Shown: positions 23,222 to 38,056, counted from the stretch's first letter. The stretch is 64,000 bases of DNA from Camelus ferus (GCF_009834535.1 NC_045697.1:1552001-1616000); one strand, 5' to 3'. Notes: generated from the sequence alone by a model not told the origin. Made by a program: numbers and translations.

Positions 23222-26200
23222 TTGTTATTTTGGAGTAATTTTAAACGTCCCAGAAGCTGCAAGAAAGAGTACCGAGGAGTCCTGTGCACTCCCAGCCCCG
23301 AGTGGCACGGCCCCACACTCGCTCTGTCCTCTCCCCTCCCGTCACCTTTCTGAACCAGATGGAGTAGTTTCAGACGTGGTGCCCCTTGACCCTTAAATAC
23401 TTCAGTGTGTGATTCCTCAAAATAAGGACACTCTTAGAAAACCACAGTACAGGTGTCAGAATCAGGAGGTTAACATGGACACGATACCCCTGTCTGGCGG
23501 CGCCGTGGCAGCGATGGGTGGGCCCGCGTTAGCGGTGTCAGGGGTACAGCTGTGTCAGGGGTGGCTGATCCTGGGCCACGGGGGTGTCCGCCCAGTCTCT
23601 CCACTGCCAGTGTAGCGCTTGGCCTGTGACGCCCAAGTGTCTTGTGGGGAGAGGTGTCTCGTGTTTGGTCGTGTGCCCGCAGGGCAAGCATCCATAGACG
23701 GTTCTTACCTCGAGTGGGTACTGCTGTGTTGTTGGCCAAATGGTGATTTTTCCAACATTTTTTCTACGTTTCTTATCTGGCTTCTGTACGAAAAGATTGC
23801 CTTCTCCTCGTGGTCTTTTTTTATTCATTCTGTTATTTACATAAGGGTGGATTCACACATTCTTACTTTGTGCCATAGACTGTGGTCCTTTATGAACGCT
23901 GTGGATTTGATGCTCTGACTGTCCCAGAGTCCATCAGTGGGAGCCCCCTTAGGATGGCTGCTCCGCCCAGTCATCCTTTGAGCACTCCTGTCCTTCTGGG
24001 TGGCTGCGTGTCCCAGGCTCACGAGCTGGACAGCGGCGGTGAGACTAGGCCTGGGTGCTACTGGTGTGTCGTTGCTTCCAGGCCTTCTCAGCTGGCAGAG
24101 CCTAGGAGGAGGTGTGTGTGCATGCATGCTTGCACTGTGCACACATCTGTGTCTCTGTCTAATTTCCGTAGTAAATCCGAGTTAACGCTGGCAACCGTAG
24201 CCCTGACCCAGCACCACCGCGCTCCTCGTGGGCCCCGTCGTCCGCTCCCGCTGTCCATTGTTTCCTGACCTGCTCGGTCCTGGGGTGCATCCCGGGGGGA
24301 CTCGGGATTGCGCGCCTGCACCCGCACTTGCTGTGTGCTTGTACGCGGTCCGTTGTTGTAGCCTGAGGGGATGAGGTGGTCAAGGGGCCCGGATTAGCTC
24401 TTTCCCCCAGAGGGCCTTCACGTTATTACCGCCTGTTTGGTGCTGTCGCGGGTGCTCCACGGACATGCGGCCAGGTTCCCGTTCTGCTTGTTTTCCCTCT
24501 TGTTTTTTGTCTGCCTCCCTTAACCCTGATGTTTTTCCCCGTCCCATTCCTACTGGGCTTCCTACTTGCTTTTCTTCTTTTACGCAAGAGGTGGCAGAGA
24601 GACCTCTTTGCCTCCCGGCTTCTGACTCTGGAAGGCCCTCCCGTCCACCCAGGCAGCTCTTCCTCAGGGTGCAGGTGTGCGTGGGCTCCGCTGCACAGTC
24701 GCCCACTCCCGCACAAGCGCTCAGGCGTCGTGGTCTCTGTGAACACACTCGGTGCCGTGGCACACGCGGGGTGCGGGGCCGCAGGGAAGCGCGGCAGGCT
24801 TTGCTGGTGTCGCCGGCCTCGGAAGCCACGCGTCTGAGCGCGGTTTTCCCGCAGCCTCCCCAGCACGGTGCGTTGTCGGGCTCTGCCCCTGGGGCCCGCC
24901 TGCTGGGCGGGCCTGTCCTGTGGTTTCCATTTGCATTTGTCTCTCATTACAGTGAGGTCATGTTTTTAAGGGCTGTTTCTGGATCTTTTTTTGTGAATTC
25001 TCTATTCTGTCATTTTCTCATTTTTTAATTGGGTTTTTGGTCCTTTTCCTTCCATTTTTAAGAGTCTTTTATAAATTGGGGCTATTAGCCTTTTAACTGC
25101 ATCGCATGCTGCAGGCACATCCTCCCAGTTCCTGAGCTGTCTTCTGACTCTGTTTTTGATGTTTGTTAGCTATGCACAGATTTTAGTTTTTACTTCTATA
25201 TAGTCAGTTCATTGATCTTTTATTGCCTCTGGATTTTAAATAATTGTTGGAAAGCTTTACGCTAACATTAAGGTTTCTGAGGAATGTGCCCAAGTTTTCT
25301 TCTGTGTAAGCGTGGTTTCATTTTTTTCCACTTAACTCCTTGGTACATTTATCTGGAGTTCATGCTTGTGTATCATGTGACGCCTGAATGGTTTTATCCT
25401 TTTCGAAATGGTTGACCAGTTGTCCCAGCACCAATTACTGAAAACTTCCCCTTTCCCTGGTGACTCATAGTGCCACCTCGTACTGCCCTAAACTTGCGTT
25501 TTCCTCTGTGTGTTCAGGTGCCTTCTCACACTGAGTTAGCTGCTCTCAGAGGCTCTGTGTGTGTTCATACTCCAGATGGACTCTGGTGTCAGTGAGCCCA
25601 GCTCCCTGAAAAAAAACAAACTTGTAGACATTGTCATTGGCATTGCACTGAATTTATAAATTAATTTAGGGACAGTTGATGTCTCTGTGATAGTCCTCCC
25701 CAAGAATAAAGGGCATTTGTGCATTTGAAGTCTACTTTATGTCTTTTAGGACATAGATTTTTCTCATAGATTTTTCACATTTCTTACTAAGCTTATTCCT
25801 AAGTATTTAATCTTCCTTGTTTTTAACTGTAAGTGTTCTCTGCCCCCACGCCCTCCACTCCTGGACTGTCCAGTGCAGGAGCCACAGCCGCCCGTCAGCC
25901 CTGAGCGACTGACCTGTGGGTAGCCCAGATTGAGGGGTATTGTGAGTGTAGACCTAGTATGAAAAAAAAGAATGTAAGAGATTTCAGTGTAATTTTTAGT
26001 ATTGATTACATGTTGAAATGATTGTCTTTTGGACATATTTAATTAAATAAAATACATATTACTAAAATTAATTTAACCTGTTTCTTTTTAATTTTATGAA
26101 TGTGGCCACTAGAAAGTCTTAAATTATACATTGGCTCACGTTGTAATTCCGCTGGATAGTGCCGCTCTGATGGCTGGCTGTACGCGTGGGAGTGTTAGCT

Positions 26201-28700
26201 TCTGTGTTAACCTTGTATTTTCTCCTTACTGAATTATTTCGTTGTCTGAGTCTTCTTGTTGATTCTCGAGGGTTTTCCAGGTACTCTGCCATCTCCTTGC
26301 AAATAGAAGGAGCTTTACTTCCGCTTTTCCGATTTCTGAGCCTCTTCACAGTTTTCCTCTTGTTTAATGGCGTCATTCTTGAACTTGATAGGAAAGTCTG
26401 GTGTTTCTACGTTAAGGTAATTCTGGCTTTAGGGTAGGTTTATGTATTTTATCGTGTTAAGAATATATCCAACAATTCCTACTTTTCTTGAGTGTTACCA
26501 GGAATAGACACTGAATTTTGTCAGAGGTTTTCTAGCATCTCTGGAGAGTAAACGTGGCTTTTCTTCTTAGCTCTATGACACATTGTAAAGAGTTAGGGAG
26601 GGCCTGTGTCTGTTTCTCACTCGCAGTGCTCTGGGGCGGCCCGCCCGCCCTGGGGACCACTAGCTCCCGTGGTGTGAGGGGGCGCCCTGTGCAGCCCTCG
26701 GGCCGGGGGCCTTCTGTGGGCGCGTTCCTTGACGATGTTGAAGTACTTCTGTCTCTGATGAGGTTAATTTTGGTAAACTTTCTCGAGGAAATCATCCTTT
26801 CATCTAGATTCTCCACCATTTCTACATAGATGTCTGCAGAGTACGTACTTCTAAAAAAAATTCCTTGTCAATGGTTATTTTCCTCTTGTGATTTCTTATT
26901 TTGTATATTTGTGCTTTCTTCCTCCCTATTCTGTTTGATTCAGTTAGTTACTAGTTTGTCTAGATCCAAACCGTTGATTCATTAATTAGGTTTACTGTTT
27001 TTCTTTCTCTACCTCATTAATTTATGCTTTTATCTTTTTTCCCCTTGGTTTCTTTTGTGTTACTTCACTGTTTTTTCTAACTTTTTGATTAGGGAATTTA
27101 TTTCATTTCTTTTCATTCCTCCATTTTTTATTGATCAAAGTGTTTAGCACTTTGAATTTTTCTCTGATAATTCCTTTAAGTATATCCCGTAGTGTCTCGT
27201 AATGTTTCCATTTGGTTCCTTTTTTTAGAAATTCAGTAATTTCCATGTGGTTTTTTCCCTTTCACCCTCTAGCTTAATCGGTGGCTTTTAGATTTCGAAG
27301 TAGGAGAGCCTTTTTTATGTTAATAATTTCTAGGATTTTTTACACTGTAATCAGAAGGTATTTTTTGTGATATTTCTGATTCATGAGACTTCCTAATACT
27401 TTTGTGACTGCTCTGTGTGCGTCTGAGTTAAAAGTGCGTTTTCTCTGCTTGATGGCACAGCGCCGTTCCCTCCCTGGCTTAGTTAGTTATGACTTACACT
27501 TGGGGCTGGGGCTTCTGTAGCCTTGCTTGTTTTTTGTCCTCTTGAACTGTATTCTGTTACTTGTTATGAGTTTCTGTGTTTTCTTGCATCTCTTGTAGCC
27601 GTGCTTTATAGAGCTGGCTTCTCTGTGACTTGGTGCGCACTCCTGGCGCCACCGTGCTGCATCGTGGCTCGCAGCGTTTCCAAACGTCCTTCCTGTTGTG
27701 CGTGTGCTCTCGGCTCGCCTTCCCCTGTGTCAGTGATGCTCGTTGCTGCCATTATCTCCTGCGCTTTCTGTTTGCCTGGTGGGGCCGCTGTGTCCTCGTC
27801 CCCTCGTTTCTGAGTTACTTGGTTTTAGGCCATTCTTCGTGTTCAGCTTAGACACCTGAGTCCTGCCGTGGGGACACAGTGACAGTCTGCAGTGAGGCGG
27901 CCCGTTTCCACTGTTGGTCCGACGGTGTGGTCTCAGCCCTGGTGTTATTTTATAACTGCTAGGTGTGTTTTGTGTTTGCTGTTTCTTTTTCTACGTGGCG
28001 TGTTTTCTTTGCTCTTTGGTGTTTGGGACATTCGTGGTTTGGTGCCCACCCCGCCTCCCTGCTCAGAATGAGGGCCTCCGACTCCACTTAGCGCTGGTGA
28101 CTGCCAAGCGCTGACCTCTCCTCTCTGCTCTCCCCTTCCTGACCCTTCGCTTCCCCCATCTCAGCTGCATTCTTTCTGCTTTCTCAGAACACACAGCATT
28201 CTTGAGTCTACCTGTGAATCCCTTGGTTGCTGGTGTCGGTCCTCCTGCACAGGGTTCCCAGTCACCCCCAGGCCCCTGTCCTCAGGTGGGGTCAGGGCAC
28301 AGTGCCCTCTGAGCTCTGGAAAAACAGACTGTTCCCTGTGGTCATAACAGTGAGCAGACAGCCTGGCAGGGTCTGGAATCCTTAGGTCACAGTTGCTTTT
28401 CACTCTGTCAATACAGGTTTTTGTGTAAAATGTCTGGTACTGAATCTGGTTATAGTCCTGTCCTTTTTTTCTCTTAAGATTCTCAATACTGATTATCATT
28501 TCCAGTCAGTAAGCCAAGTATTAGAAATCGCTTTTCATGACGGCATTTCCGGCAGACGTGCCTGCTCTGGGTTTGCTTTGTGGCTGAAGAGCCTTCTCTT
28601 CTGGAACTGCTGACGGCGACTGCTGGGTTGGCCTTTCAGGGACCTCACTTCCTGTCCATCTGTAAACCCTCCTGCCCCACCCACCCTTCCTCGTGCACCA
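23222..28700 (-). mobile_element. Patchwork of old L1MC/ME fragments (3' end near 23222), interrupted by MER33
   Basis: L1M 3' end ttttggagtaattttaaacgtcccagaagctgcaag. ORF remnants PKLIYKFSAMP, KIKYLGISL and YLENPRESTRRL. Confidence 0.65.
25860..26165 (-). mobile_element. MER33-like hAT-Charlie DNA transposon
   Basis: tagtatgaaaaaaaagaatgtaa..attgattacatgttgaaatgat..aaaattaatttaacctgtttcttttt..atgtggccactagaaa matches the recalled MER33 consensus. Confidence 0.8.
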
Positions 28701-30149
28701 CTGTTTCCTTGACTGAGGCCTCATCCAGTGAGCCACCAACAGATGTCTGGGAGTAGGGGTCCGGGCGGGGAGCGGATTGGGCTGGGGACCGTGCTGTGAG
28801 GGTGACTCCTGGGGGCTGGAGTGGGCGGCCTGCAGGCCTGGACCCAGGAGCCTGGCAAGGAGACAGGGTCCCCCACTGGTGACGAGGAACTTGCCTGACA
28901 GGATGGAAGGTGTGACGCGGGAGTGAGGAGGGGCCAGGAGGGTGCTTTCTCGGCCACTGTCAGGAAAGGCGTGGTCCGATGCCTGGCGGCGGATGCACCG
29001 AGGAGGCGGCTTTGTGGACGGGCAGCTGGGAAGGAGGGCGGGGCGGCGGCCGAGGTTTGATGGTGCTGGTATCCAGGTGGAAACCCCGGGGATACAGTGG
29101 AGGGAGGCTGGGGGGTCGGGGAGCTGGCGGAGGGGCTGGGGCAGGGGCCGCGGGACCTCAGGGGGAAGCTCCCCCAGTGGCTTTCTGCCAGCTGATGGGT
29201 GTGAAGGCGCTCTGCCCGGTGCTGGGAGTCCTCGACAGTGTTAGCGCCCAGTGCAGGTCAGCCGCGCCTGAAGCACCCTGCTGTGCAGACGCCCAGGGAG
29301 GGGAGGAGAGGGAGCTTTACTTGCTATAGACTGAAAACACCACCCCATGCCGAGGCAGGGATGGGGAAGGAGACTGGCCTTTAACAGAGCGCTGTCGGGG
29401 TCTCGCTCGGTCTCGGGCGGAGCCGGGCGCCATGCGCGCCTCGCCAGCCTGCACCCCAGCCAGGTGTGCGCTGTGGAGGCCCTGGCACACGGGCTCGTCC
29501 AGGGCCCAGGAAGAGCAGGAGGGAGAAGTTGAAACCTCGGAGCTGCCGAGATTCCGGGGGACGGTCAGTAGTCCCCCTGCTCCAGCCTGTTTTTGAAGAG
29601 GGTTCCTCAGCTGCTGTGGCCGCGCTTTCCTGTGGGAACAGCCTGGAAAGCTTTTTGATGAGTTCTGGGGTGTTGCTTGTGTAAACTGAGTGCCTGGGAG
29701 AGCTGCCTTCCTCCAGAGGCTGACGTCGGGGCCTGGGCACAGCCCTTCCCTCCCTGGGCCCGCCTTCTGGGACACTTCCATTGACAGTCGTGTCCCCCCT
29801 TCCCCCCGCCCCACCCTCCAGCAGGGACTAAGACAGACAGCCTCTGCGTGCACTGAGGTTCAGGAATCTTCTCGAGGGCTCTCCCGACGATTGATGTTGA
29901 CCCCTTGGGACATCTGGGTGCCAGCAGGTGGGTCTCCTCTGCTCCGCACACAGGAGTCCACTAATTCCAGGTGACCTGGACTTTCACAAGCACGTGAGAG
30001 AGTCCTCCCTCCTTTGGCTGTTTGCAAAATCTCACGTTAGGAAAAATTTTTAGTTTGTGAAGATACTGAAATTAAAAGCATATGATCTGTTGTGGTGAGC
30101 TGGCCGGGTGCTGTGGTGACTGACTTGCCTCCCTTCTTTCATCTTACAG

Positions 30150-30231
30150 ATGATGTCTTTCTGCCCAAAGACATCGACCTGGACAGCGTGGATATGGATG
30201 AGACGGAGCGGGAGGTGGAGTATTTCAAAAG
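30150..30231 (+). CDS. FAM193A: FAM193A penultimate exon (DDVFLPKDIDLDSVDMDETEREVEYFK), FAM193 C-terminal domain
   Basis: Acceptor ctttcatcttaCAG|, donor AAG|GTAAAC. 82 nt, phase 1/2. Confidence 0.96.
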
Positions 30232-30772
30232 GTAAACGTCAGGAAGGGTGTGTCTGAAGCAAAGATGGTCTCGTGGTTACCGTAGGCCACCCTCCCGTGG
30301 CACTGCCACTTGTCACTGGCCACGCAGCCCGGCCACTGTGAGGCATCCTGGCACGTCCACCCACACGCCGAGCGCACACACACCAGCCTTCTCCCCCCCC
30401 CACTCACTTCTCTCCACCGAGCGTGTCAGGACCGCTGTGCCGCAGCCAGCGGGCGTCAGCTTGTCTCCGTGTGTGCTGGCATTGGGACACAGTGATGCGG
30501 TATGACTTTAAGGAGGGAGGCGACATTTTAGATAATTTGCTCAGTTTTCCTGGTAAGCGGACTTCGTTCGTACTTAGTAATATTTTATCTACTGTGTGAA
30601 AAACAGCAAGAAAATTTCACTTTACAGTCCTTGTTCCTTCTTAGGAAGTACTTTACCCTCTTTGTTTCAAATAACACACACACGCTCACAAAAGGAGCAG
30701 CTCGCAGTACAAAGAGTTCATAATTCATACCTGAAACACAAAATTCTAAATGTTTCTGGGAACTATATGTCT

Positions 30773-30790
30773 TGTGTGTGTGTGTGTGTG
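30773..30790 (+). repeat. (TG)9 microsatellite
   Basis: Read directly from the sequence. Confidence 0.9.
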
Positions 30791-30949
30791 TTTTAATCTT
30801 AGCAGGTAAGGCATTTGCTGAAGTTAAGCATCCATTCACAATAGAAACTCTTAATTAGGACAAGAAGGGCCCCTTCCTGACATGACCGTAAATGCAGTGA
30901 ATGTCACACTTAGTGACGCGCTGAAAGCTGTCCGCTGAGATGAAAAATA

Positions 30950-33900
30950 ACAACACTGAGGACGGCCATTGTCGCAGCCTCTGTGTGTGAAGACAGAGAA
31001 AGAAAGAAAGAAAGGGGTGAGGCATAGAGTGAAGCAGTGGAACTGTCACTCCCAGGTGCCATGAATCTGTACAAAGTCCAAAAGAATCAACAGGTGAATT
31101 ACTTGACTTACAAAGATGGCTTGCGCTGAAGCTGTGCCCCGGGGGGGGGCAGGGGACAGACGAGGGGCCGTTCTTGGGTGCGGGCCAGACTTCGGGGGAC
31201 ACTTCCCCCGGTAGGCCTGTAGGACTCGCGCACATAAAGATCACGCGTGATCTTATCAATGAAGAAATGAAAAATATACTTACTGAAATCAAGACCTCAG
31301 TAGCTGGATGAACACAGACTAGATGCTGCTGAAGAGGGAGTCAGTGACCTGGAAGCTTCATCCAAGTGGTGCACCCAGGATGCACCAACACATCAGGGAA
31401 ACAGAAATGTGCGGGAGGGGCTCGGGGGCGCGACGGAGCCCCGTCTTCGGGAGCGTGGAGAGACTGCAGGAGAGCCGTGGAGAGAGAAGACGCCTGAGGG
31501 TTTAGCAGGACTAATGGGAAATACAAGTCTGCAAGTTAAAAAGCACAGCATATAAACAAGCAGAGATCCGTTCCTAGACCTAGCATGTGAAGGCAGAGGC
31601 CACGAGCGGTACTCACAGGCCGAGAGAAGACTGTCTGTAATTATGTGACCCTCAAAACCGCTTTTCCCCATAGCAGAGGAAAACTGCAGGAGCTTGCTAT
31701 GGAGAGACCTGTATAAAAGGAAGCATCTAAAATTACACTTCAGGAGAAAGAAAACTGATCTCAGAAGGGCAGCCTGATAGACAGGAAGGAATGAGAAGCC
31801 GCCTGACAAATCCAGGTAGATACAACCATGCCTTCTGTGAAGCAGGATAATAACCACGTCCGACTGACGCCGCGTTGGGGAACCCCAGTGCTGAACAGTA
31901 GCGACGCCTAAGTCGGGCATGAGGCGGTCAGAGCTGAGCGTCCCCGGGCCCTCTTATTGCTCAGGTAGTTAGCGTTCTGACGGAAGCTAAACGGGCATGA
32001 CACAACTGCAGGAGCAAGTATTAAGAAGAGGAAGTAGGGTGTACGAGTTGCTAATCAGTAGAAGGAAAAACTCAAAAAGAGAAAAAAAGTAAATATACAG
32101 AAAGTACAATGAACAAATTTTAAAAAGATGGCCGACAGGTCCCGTTGTACCAGTGACCATCACAGGCAGTGAGTGGGCAGAGATGAAAGCGGCCTGTCAG
32201 GTCGTGCCGAGGTCTGTACCGTGGGCCTGCGTGTGTGCACCCTGCTCACGGGCACACGGCCCAGCCGCAGCAGAAGAAGGGCGGGCGCGAGGGGGCCGCA
32301 GAGGGGGCTGGGGCAGCCGTGTCACTGTCGGACCAGTGTGCTCCATCACGAGGGTGGGTGACGGCTGCTTCGTCACGGCAAACGGCTCGATTTGTCAGGA
32401 AAAACAGACATTTTAAGCGTAAGTACTTAATGAAATAGCCCCCAGATACGAGAAGCAGAACTATTTGGGCCGCACAGAGAAACAGACAGACCCGCCCTCT
32501 TCGGGGGGCCTCAGGCTCTGCTCTGTCGCGCCCGGGCAGCCTGGCGTCCGTGAGCACGTGGGGGCGAGCCGGCGCGGCTGGCGGGCTTCCCCTCGTGGGC
32601 GCAGACGGAGCTGCGTCCGAGAGGCAGACAGTTGTGTCCTTAAGCACATGGGGAATGTCCACGGGTTGGGGGGGGCACAGGACACGGGGCTCGGAAACGT
32701 CAGAGAACGGTGTGTAACTGTTCTCTGACCTAAGCACGCTGAAGTTGGGTATTTACAATAAGTACGTTTTAAAATCCCTAAATATTTGGAAATCTAAAAT
32801 TATTTAAATTTAATTTAAATTAACTCACAGGTCAAGTAAGAAGCCACAGTGGACATTTTAAAATTTTATAGAACTAAAAGAGCATAAAGATGTTGCCTGT
32901 GAGAACCGCGGCGTGCAGGGACGTTTGCTCTCGCACGCACTTCCCCGAGGCCTTAGATGTGCAAGTCACGTTTTAGAAACCTGAAACTTGCCGAATTAAG
33001 GCCTTCACTTGAGAAATTAGGAAAACAGCAACAGAATAAACTCAGGGAAAGTGAAACAAAAGAGAATGCATAAGGGAGAGGGAAACGGAACGGAAGGTCA
33101 GCGGCGCCAGCGTTTGATTCTTTGGAAACAGTAACTAAATATGTAAAAGCCTCTGCAAGGCTGATCAAGAAAAACAGGAAAACCCACCAAAAACTCCACG
33201 ACTAGATGTAAGAAGAAACAGGATGTTGGTGATTATCAAAGTCGGACGATGGCTCTGGTTGTTTTACCATAATCTGCTTTTGTGTGTGTGTTTGAAATTT
33301 TCCGCAATAAAAAGGGGCTTCTTTGATTCTGGGAATACGTGAGTGAAAAGGAAGATGTAACTGTGGAGACTGCAGAGCGAGAGCACTGGGAACAAGTTTA
33401 CAGTTAATTTCAAAACCTAAATAAAAACACAGAATTAACCCAATTTAAAAATAGCCTGAATGGTTCAGTAAAATTAATTAAACTAAAAAGTTAAAGCAGT
33501 AGTTATGTCTTCCCCACGAGAGAACTCCATTCCGACGGCCGCAGAGAATCCTCCCGGCTGTGGGCTGCTCGGTCGTGCCGACGCCACCAGGGGCTGGAAA
33601 CCAGACAGCTGGCACCGCAGGGCACGCGCCTCCTCGTCCTATGAGAGAAGTAAAATTTTGATACGATAATCTCCCAGAAACAATACCAGGAAAAACGGAA
33701 AATGACAGACTTGGTTCACTCATGAACGTTAGATGCGAAAGTCATCAAGAAAATACTCATATTCCAAATCCAACAGTGTAATGAAAGCGTATTACAAAAC
33801 TGGTTCATCCCAGGACTGAATGCACGGAGTAGCGAATACTAGGACATGCACACGTTATTTGCACACTAATACATTAAAGAAGAGCCAGGTGATCATTTCA

Positions 33901-36360
33901 GTGGGCTCAGAAAAAAAATCTTTGCTAAGATCTTACCACCCATTTATAATTGATAAAAACGAAAATACTGAAAAAGAAATGATAAACTAGCAATAGAAGG
34001 AAGTATCTTTAAAAAGGAATTTACTGAAAAAGAAAGAAATCTACATGAAATGTTTTCCAGAACGGGAAAGATGTGGAAGCGCGCACAGAACAAAGACGCC
34101 CTGTGGCTGCCTCTGCCCAGCCCTGAGCATGGTTCCCCGTGGGCGCGGGAGGCGCGGCAAGGAGTTGATGGCACAAGGGCTGGGAAGGGGATGACTGTCT
34201 TAACGGGGAGTCACAGAAGCATGCCCAGGACAGTCTAGCAGGAGCCTGGCTGTGGGACAGGGGTGCAGAAGTGACTTGTTTTTCTCTACACCATCAATAA
34301 TTCAGGAATGCAGTTTAAATAAAGCTAGCATTTATAACAGTGCCAGAATCTGTGCGGTGTCTGTGGGCGAGTCTAACAGGAGTTGCACGGGACTTGTGCA
34401 CAGAAGACGGGGAACTTCACGGAGGAGCGTTGAGGACCTGGGCACAGCATGTCTGTCTGCTCATTCGTGGGACGTGTTAGAATCACTGCACTGTCAGGTT
34501 TCCCGGAATGTATCCAAGATTTAAAACCCGAGGAGGGTTTTGTGGACCTTCACACAGTGTTTCTGAAACATGCTGGGATGGGTACATTGTGACACAGTCG
34601 TACGTGGGCTGTTACAGCAACAGAAGGGAACAAACCAGAGCATTGTGTGACACAACTCCGTGCATCTTACAAACTGGATGTTGAGAGCACACAAGGGTGT
34701 ACATGATACCCTATTTATAGGAAGTTAAAATTAGGCAGAACTGAAGTCCGCTGTTCAACACACCTGCCACTCAGCGCAGCAGCACCGCCCCGGGGGGCCT
34801 GCCCAGGAGGAGTGAGTGTGCACCCGCACAGACTTGTCCCCGCGTGCTCCTGGAAGTCTCATGTGTAGCCCCAAACTGGGAGCAGCCCAGATGTCCACAC
34901 AGAAGAACAGCCCGCCCGCCCGCGCTCCCCCGCCCGAGGCCAGCGGGGCCCCACGCAGGAGGCCGGACCTGCCGGTGCAGGATTCCAGATGTCACAGACT
35001 CCTCCACGGTGACGGACAACAGGCCGGTGCTGGCCCAGGGCCGGGCGGCAGGGCGGCCTGGGGGCCGTGGGGGTTGAGGGGGTGCTGTGGCTCTGAGGTG
35101 ACGATTTCCTGGATGCGTGGACTTGTCGGCACCCCAGGCTCCACACTGACTGCAGGTCCTTGCACATAAATTCGGCCTCACTAGAGCCTGTTTCAGGAGA
35201 CGAAGTGCACGGTTCAGGGCGCACACGAAGGTGTTAAGACTGTAAGAAAACCAAGAGGAACAGTCGATGTGGAAGGCAGAGCCGTTATGGCTTCGAGGTG
35301 AGGAGAGCTGTGGCAAGGGCGGCAGGCGGGGCCCACAGCTCGGCCTGGTGGCCACGGCATGTGCTCTGCAGTGAGTCTCTGTGTTTCACACTCGGTTCTT
35401 TCACGTCCCGCTGTGTGTGTCACATTTGCCAAAAAAGAAGGGAATTGTAAAGTACCACTAATGCCCGCCTAGGAGAAGAGGAGGAGCGGGGGAGGCTCCT
35501 CTCCTGCCCGTGGGCAGGCATGTTGGTCCTGGTGCCCAGGGAGACCTGTGTGTACCCGGGAGGTGGCCGGGCACATGCTGGGGAGGTGCAGGCGGGTGGG
35601 TGGACGGAGCTGGGAGGGTGCTGCCTCTGTGAGGAAAACTGAAGTCGGGTCCCCGCCCATACCTCCCCCAGAGGTCCGCTCCAGATGGGTTCAGGTTCTG
35701 TGTCCAGAGCTTACCTTATAATTTGGGGTACAGGTGAATGAGTGTCTTCTGGACCTCAGAGCAGGGGAAGATGTCTCTAAGGAGATATCAACCATCAAAT
35801 AAACGACTGGTAAACTGAACGCATTAAAGTCAACAGTTTGCTTTAAGGAAGTGGGAAGGCGGTACTTGCCTCACGTCACGAAGGACTGGTGCCAAGGACC
35901 GCTCAGGGAAGACCGATCTGATGCCAAGCGGCCGGACGACACTATCGCCGCCCTGGGGAGCGGGTGGCCCCCTGACCGGGGCGGCCCTCAGGCCGCCCCA
36001 CCACTTGTGAGCGCATCGTCCACTTGTCTGTCCGCTCGGGGCAGTGTGTCCTTACAACCGCAAAAGTGAACAGACTGTAGTCACGTGGGGGAGTTGCACA
36101 AACTTAGTGTTGAGTGAAAGAACCAATGTGAAAAAACATGGTGCAAAGTCAGCGCAGGTTATCGCCGGGGGCGCCTGTGGGAGTCGTGAAACTACAAAGA
36201 CCAATGGGGGCTGGTCCTCCCAAGGGCTGGGGCAGCAGCCACCTCCCGGGCTGGCAGTGTGGGTGTCCTGACCTGGGGGCGGTCGCCCAGGCTTTTGCGT
36301 GTTCTGGACGTGTGTACGTCCGTGTGCATGACATAGTCCCCAGTTGACAACACGGAGGCC
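30950..36360 (+). mobile_element. Heavily decayed, GC-shifted L1ME-type fragments (ORF1, ORF2, several 3' ends), sense to FAM193A in its last intron
   Basis: gaagaaatgaaaaatatacttactgaaatcaag..gctgaagagggagtcagtgacctggaag (ORF1). catgaacgttagatgcgaaag..ggttcatcccagga (RT). gtagccccaaactgggagcagcccagatgtcc (3' end). Confidence 0.6.
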
Positions 36361-37325
36361 TGACGGGAGGTAGTGTCCAGAGAGGAGCTGGGGGGTGGGG
36401 GGGACACCAGCCAGGTCACACTGGGCTCTGGCGCCCTGTGCTGCAGGAAGCCGGTGCGAGCCTTGCTCCGGGTCAGCCCGGAGCACTTCCCTGAGCGGCT
36501 GGGAGCAGGGCGCGGACGAGGACCCCGGGCATCCAGCTGCTGTGAAGAGCAAGGGGTCCAGGCACATGCAGCAGTGGACACCGCTGGGAGGCTGTCGCCA
36601 GAGCTGAGGGGAGACGGTAGACACAGAGGTGGGAGCTTCCAGAAGTTTTAAAGGGTAACATCACGAGGACTTGGGGCTTGACCAGCTGTGGTCAGGGAAG
36701 GAATCTGGGCTCTGCGACACGGCGCAGCCCTTCCTGGGGAGGGGGGGGCAGCGTGGCGGGGGCTTCCTCTGCCCAGACAGAGCCCATCAGGCAAGCCGCA
36801 CCACCGATTGTGGTGAAATTATTTAGCCACAGTTTAAGCAAAAACACTTCATTTTACCTGCTGGACAAGTGACAACAGTACCGTTTTCAGGTTTAATTCA
36901 AATTCCTGCTACCCAAGTTAGTGCTGGAAGGGTGAGAACTTGAGGAATTGTGCAAAGGAAAGGATTTTGAAAGACAATGTTCTTCGCTTCATATGACACA
37001 GAAATTGGCCTCCACTGCCTGGGAAGCACGCTCAGCACGTTTGCTCCAGAGCCGGGCGGGGGGCGTGTGGCTGCGTCTCGCCCTGGAAGTGCTTGTTTCG
37101 AGTCACATCACCGGTGACCCTGAGGACAGACGAGGGGAGGCCGGGGTCTCCGGGGCCCGGGGGGTAGGGTGGTGGCCGCCGGCAGAGCCCGGCTTCGACC
37201 CCAGCTTCCGATTCTCAGATGGGCTCGTGGGAAGCTTCCTTCAGCCCTTCCCTGAAGCGCAGGGTGACGGACACAAAGCCCCAGAGGATGTCCAGGGTGC
37301 CGGCCGGGGCCCGTCCCCGCCCTGA

Positions 37326-37493
<168 letters not shown>

Positions 37494-38050
37494 ACGAGGG
37501 CGGCCTGGAGAGGGACGCGCAGGCGGGCGGCCAGGCCGGGGGTCGCAGCCCCGAGCCCCGCCCCGCCCGAGAACTTGCTGCTCGCCCGTCCTCGCTCTGT
37601 GTGTGTGGTCTGAGTGAGCCGCCGACCCGAGCCCTGTGCCGTCGGATCGGAACCGCAGCTCCGCCAGCCCTTCCACCTCCGCGGCCTCGGAGGCAGGCCG
37701 GGGCCCTGGACGAGTTGCGTCACCACCCAGCCCCGTCGCCTCCGCATCTCGCCCTGGCCCGCCGTCCATCCCCGCGGGGGCGTCGCGCGCTCAGCTCTCT
37801 GGGCCGCGCGTCTCACCCGAGGCGGCCGGGGGGCAGGGCTCTCGCTCCTCCACGACCTACTGTTTGAGTGTACACGTCACACTGTCCGTGTCCGACCCCC
37901 GACTCGTAGCCAGCTGTGCAAGACCCCTGCAGATGAGAAGGTCCAGAAGCCAAGCCACCAGTGCTCACACCGTCAAGTCTGTTAGAGCGCGTACGACTGT
38001 ACTAACACGGAGGCCTGCCTGGCTACTTTTTTAACATATTGTTAAGTAAT

Positions 38051-38056
38051 ATTAAA
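38051..38056 (+). terminator. Probable FAM193A poly(A) signal ATTAAA (3'UTR about 0.58 kb)
   Basis: ATTAAA lies in an AT-rich island after the GC-rich UTR and is followed by U/GU-rich TGTCTTTCTTTTTG. An alternative AATAAA is at 38550-38555. Confidence 0.65.

Noticed and set aside
31237..31254. Perfect 18-bp palindrome AAGATCACGCGTGATCTT
   Set aside because: 9-bp arms have a chance expectation of roughly 0.25 in 64 kb, and it lies in decayed L1.
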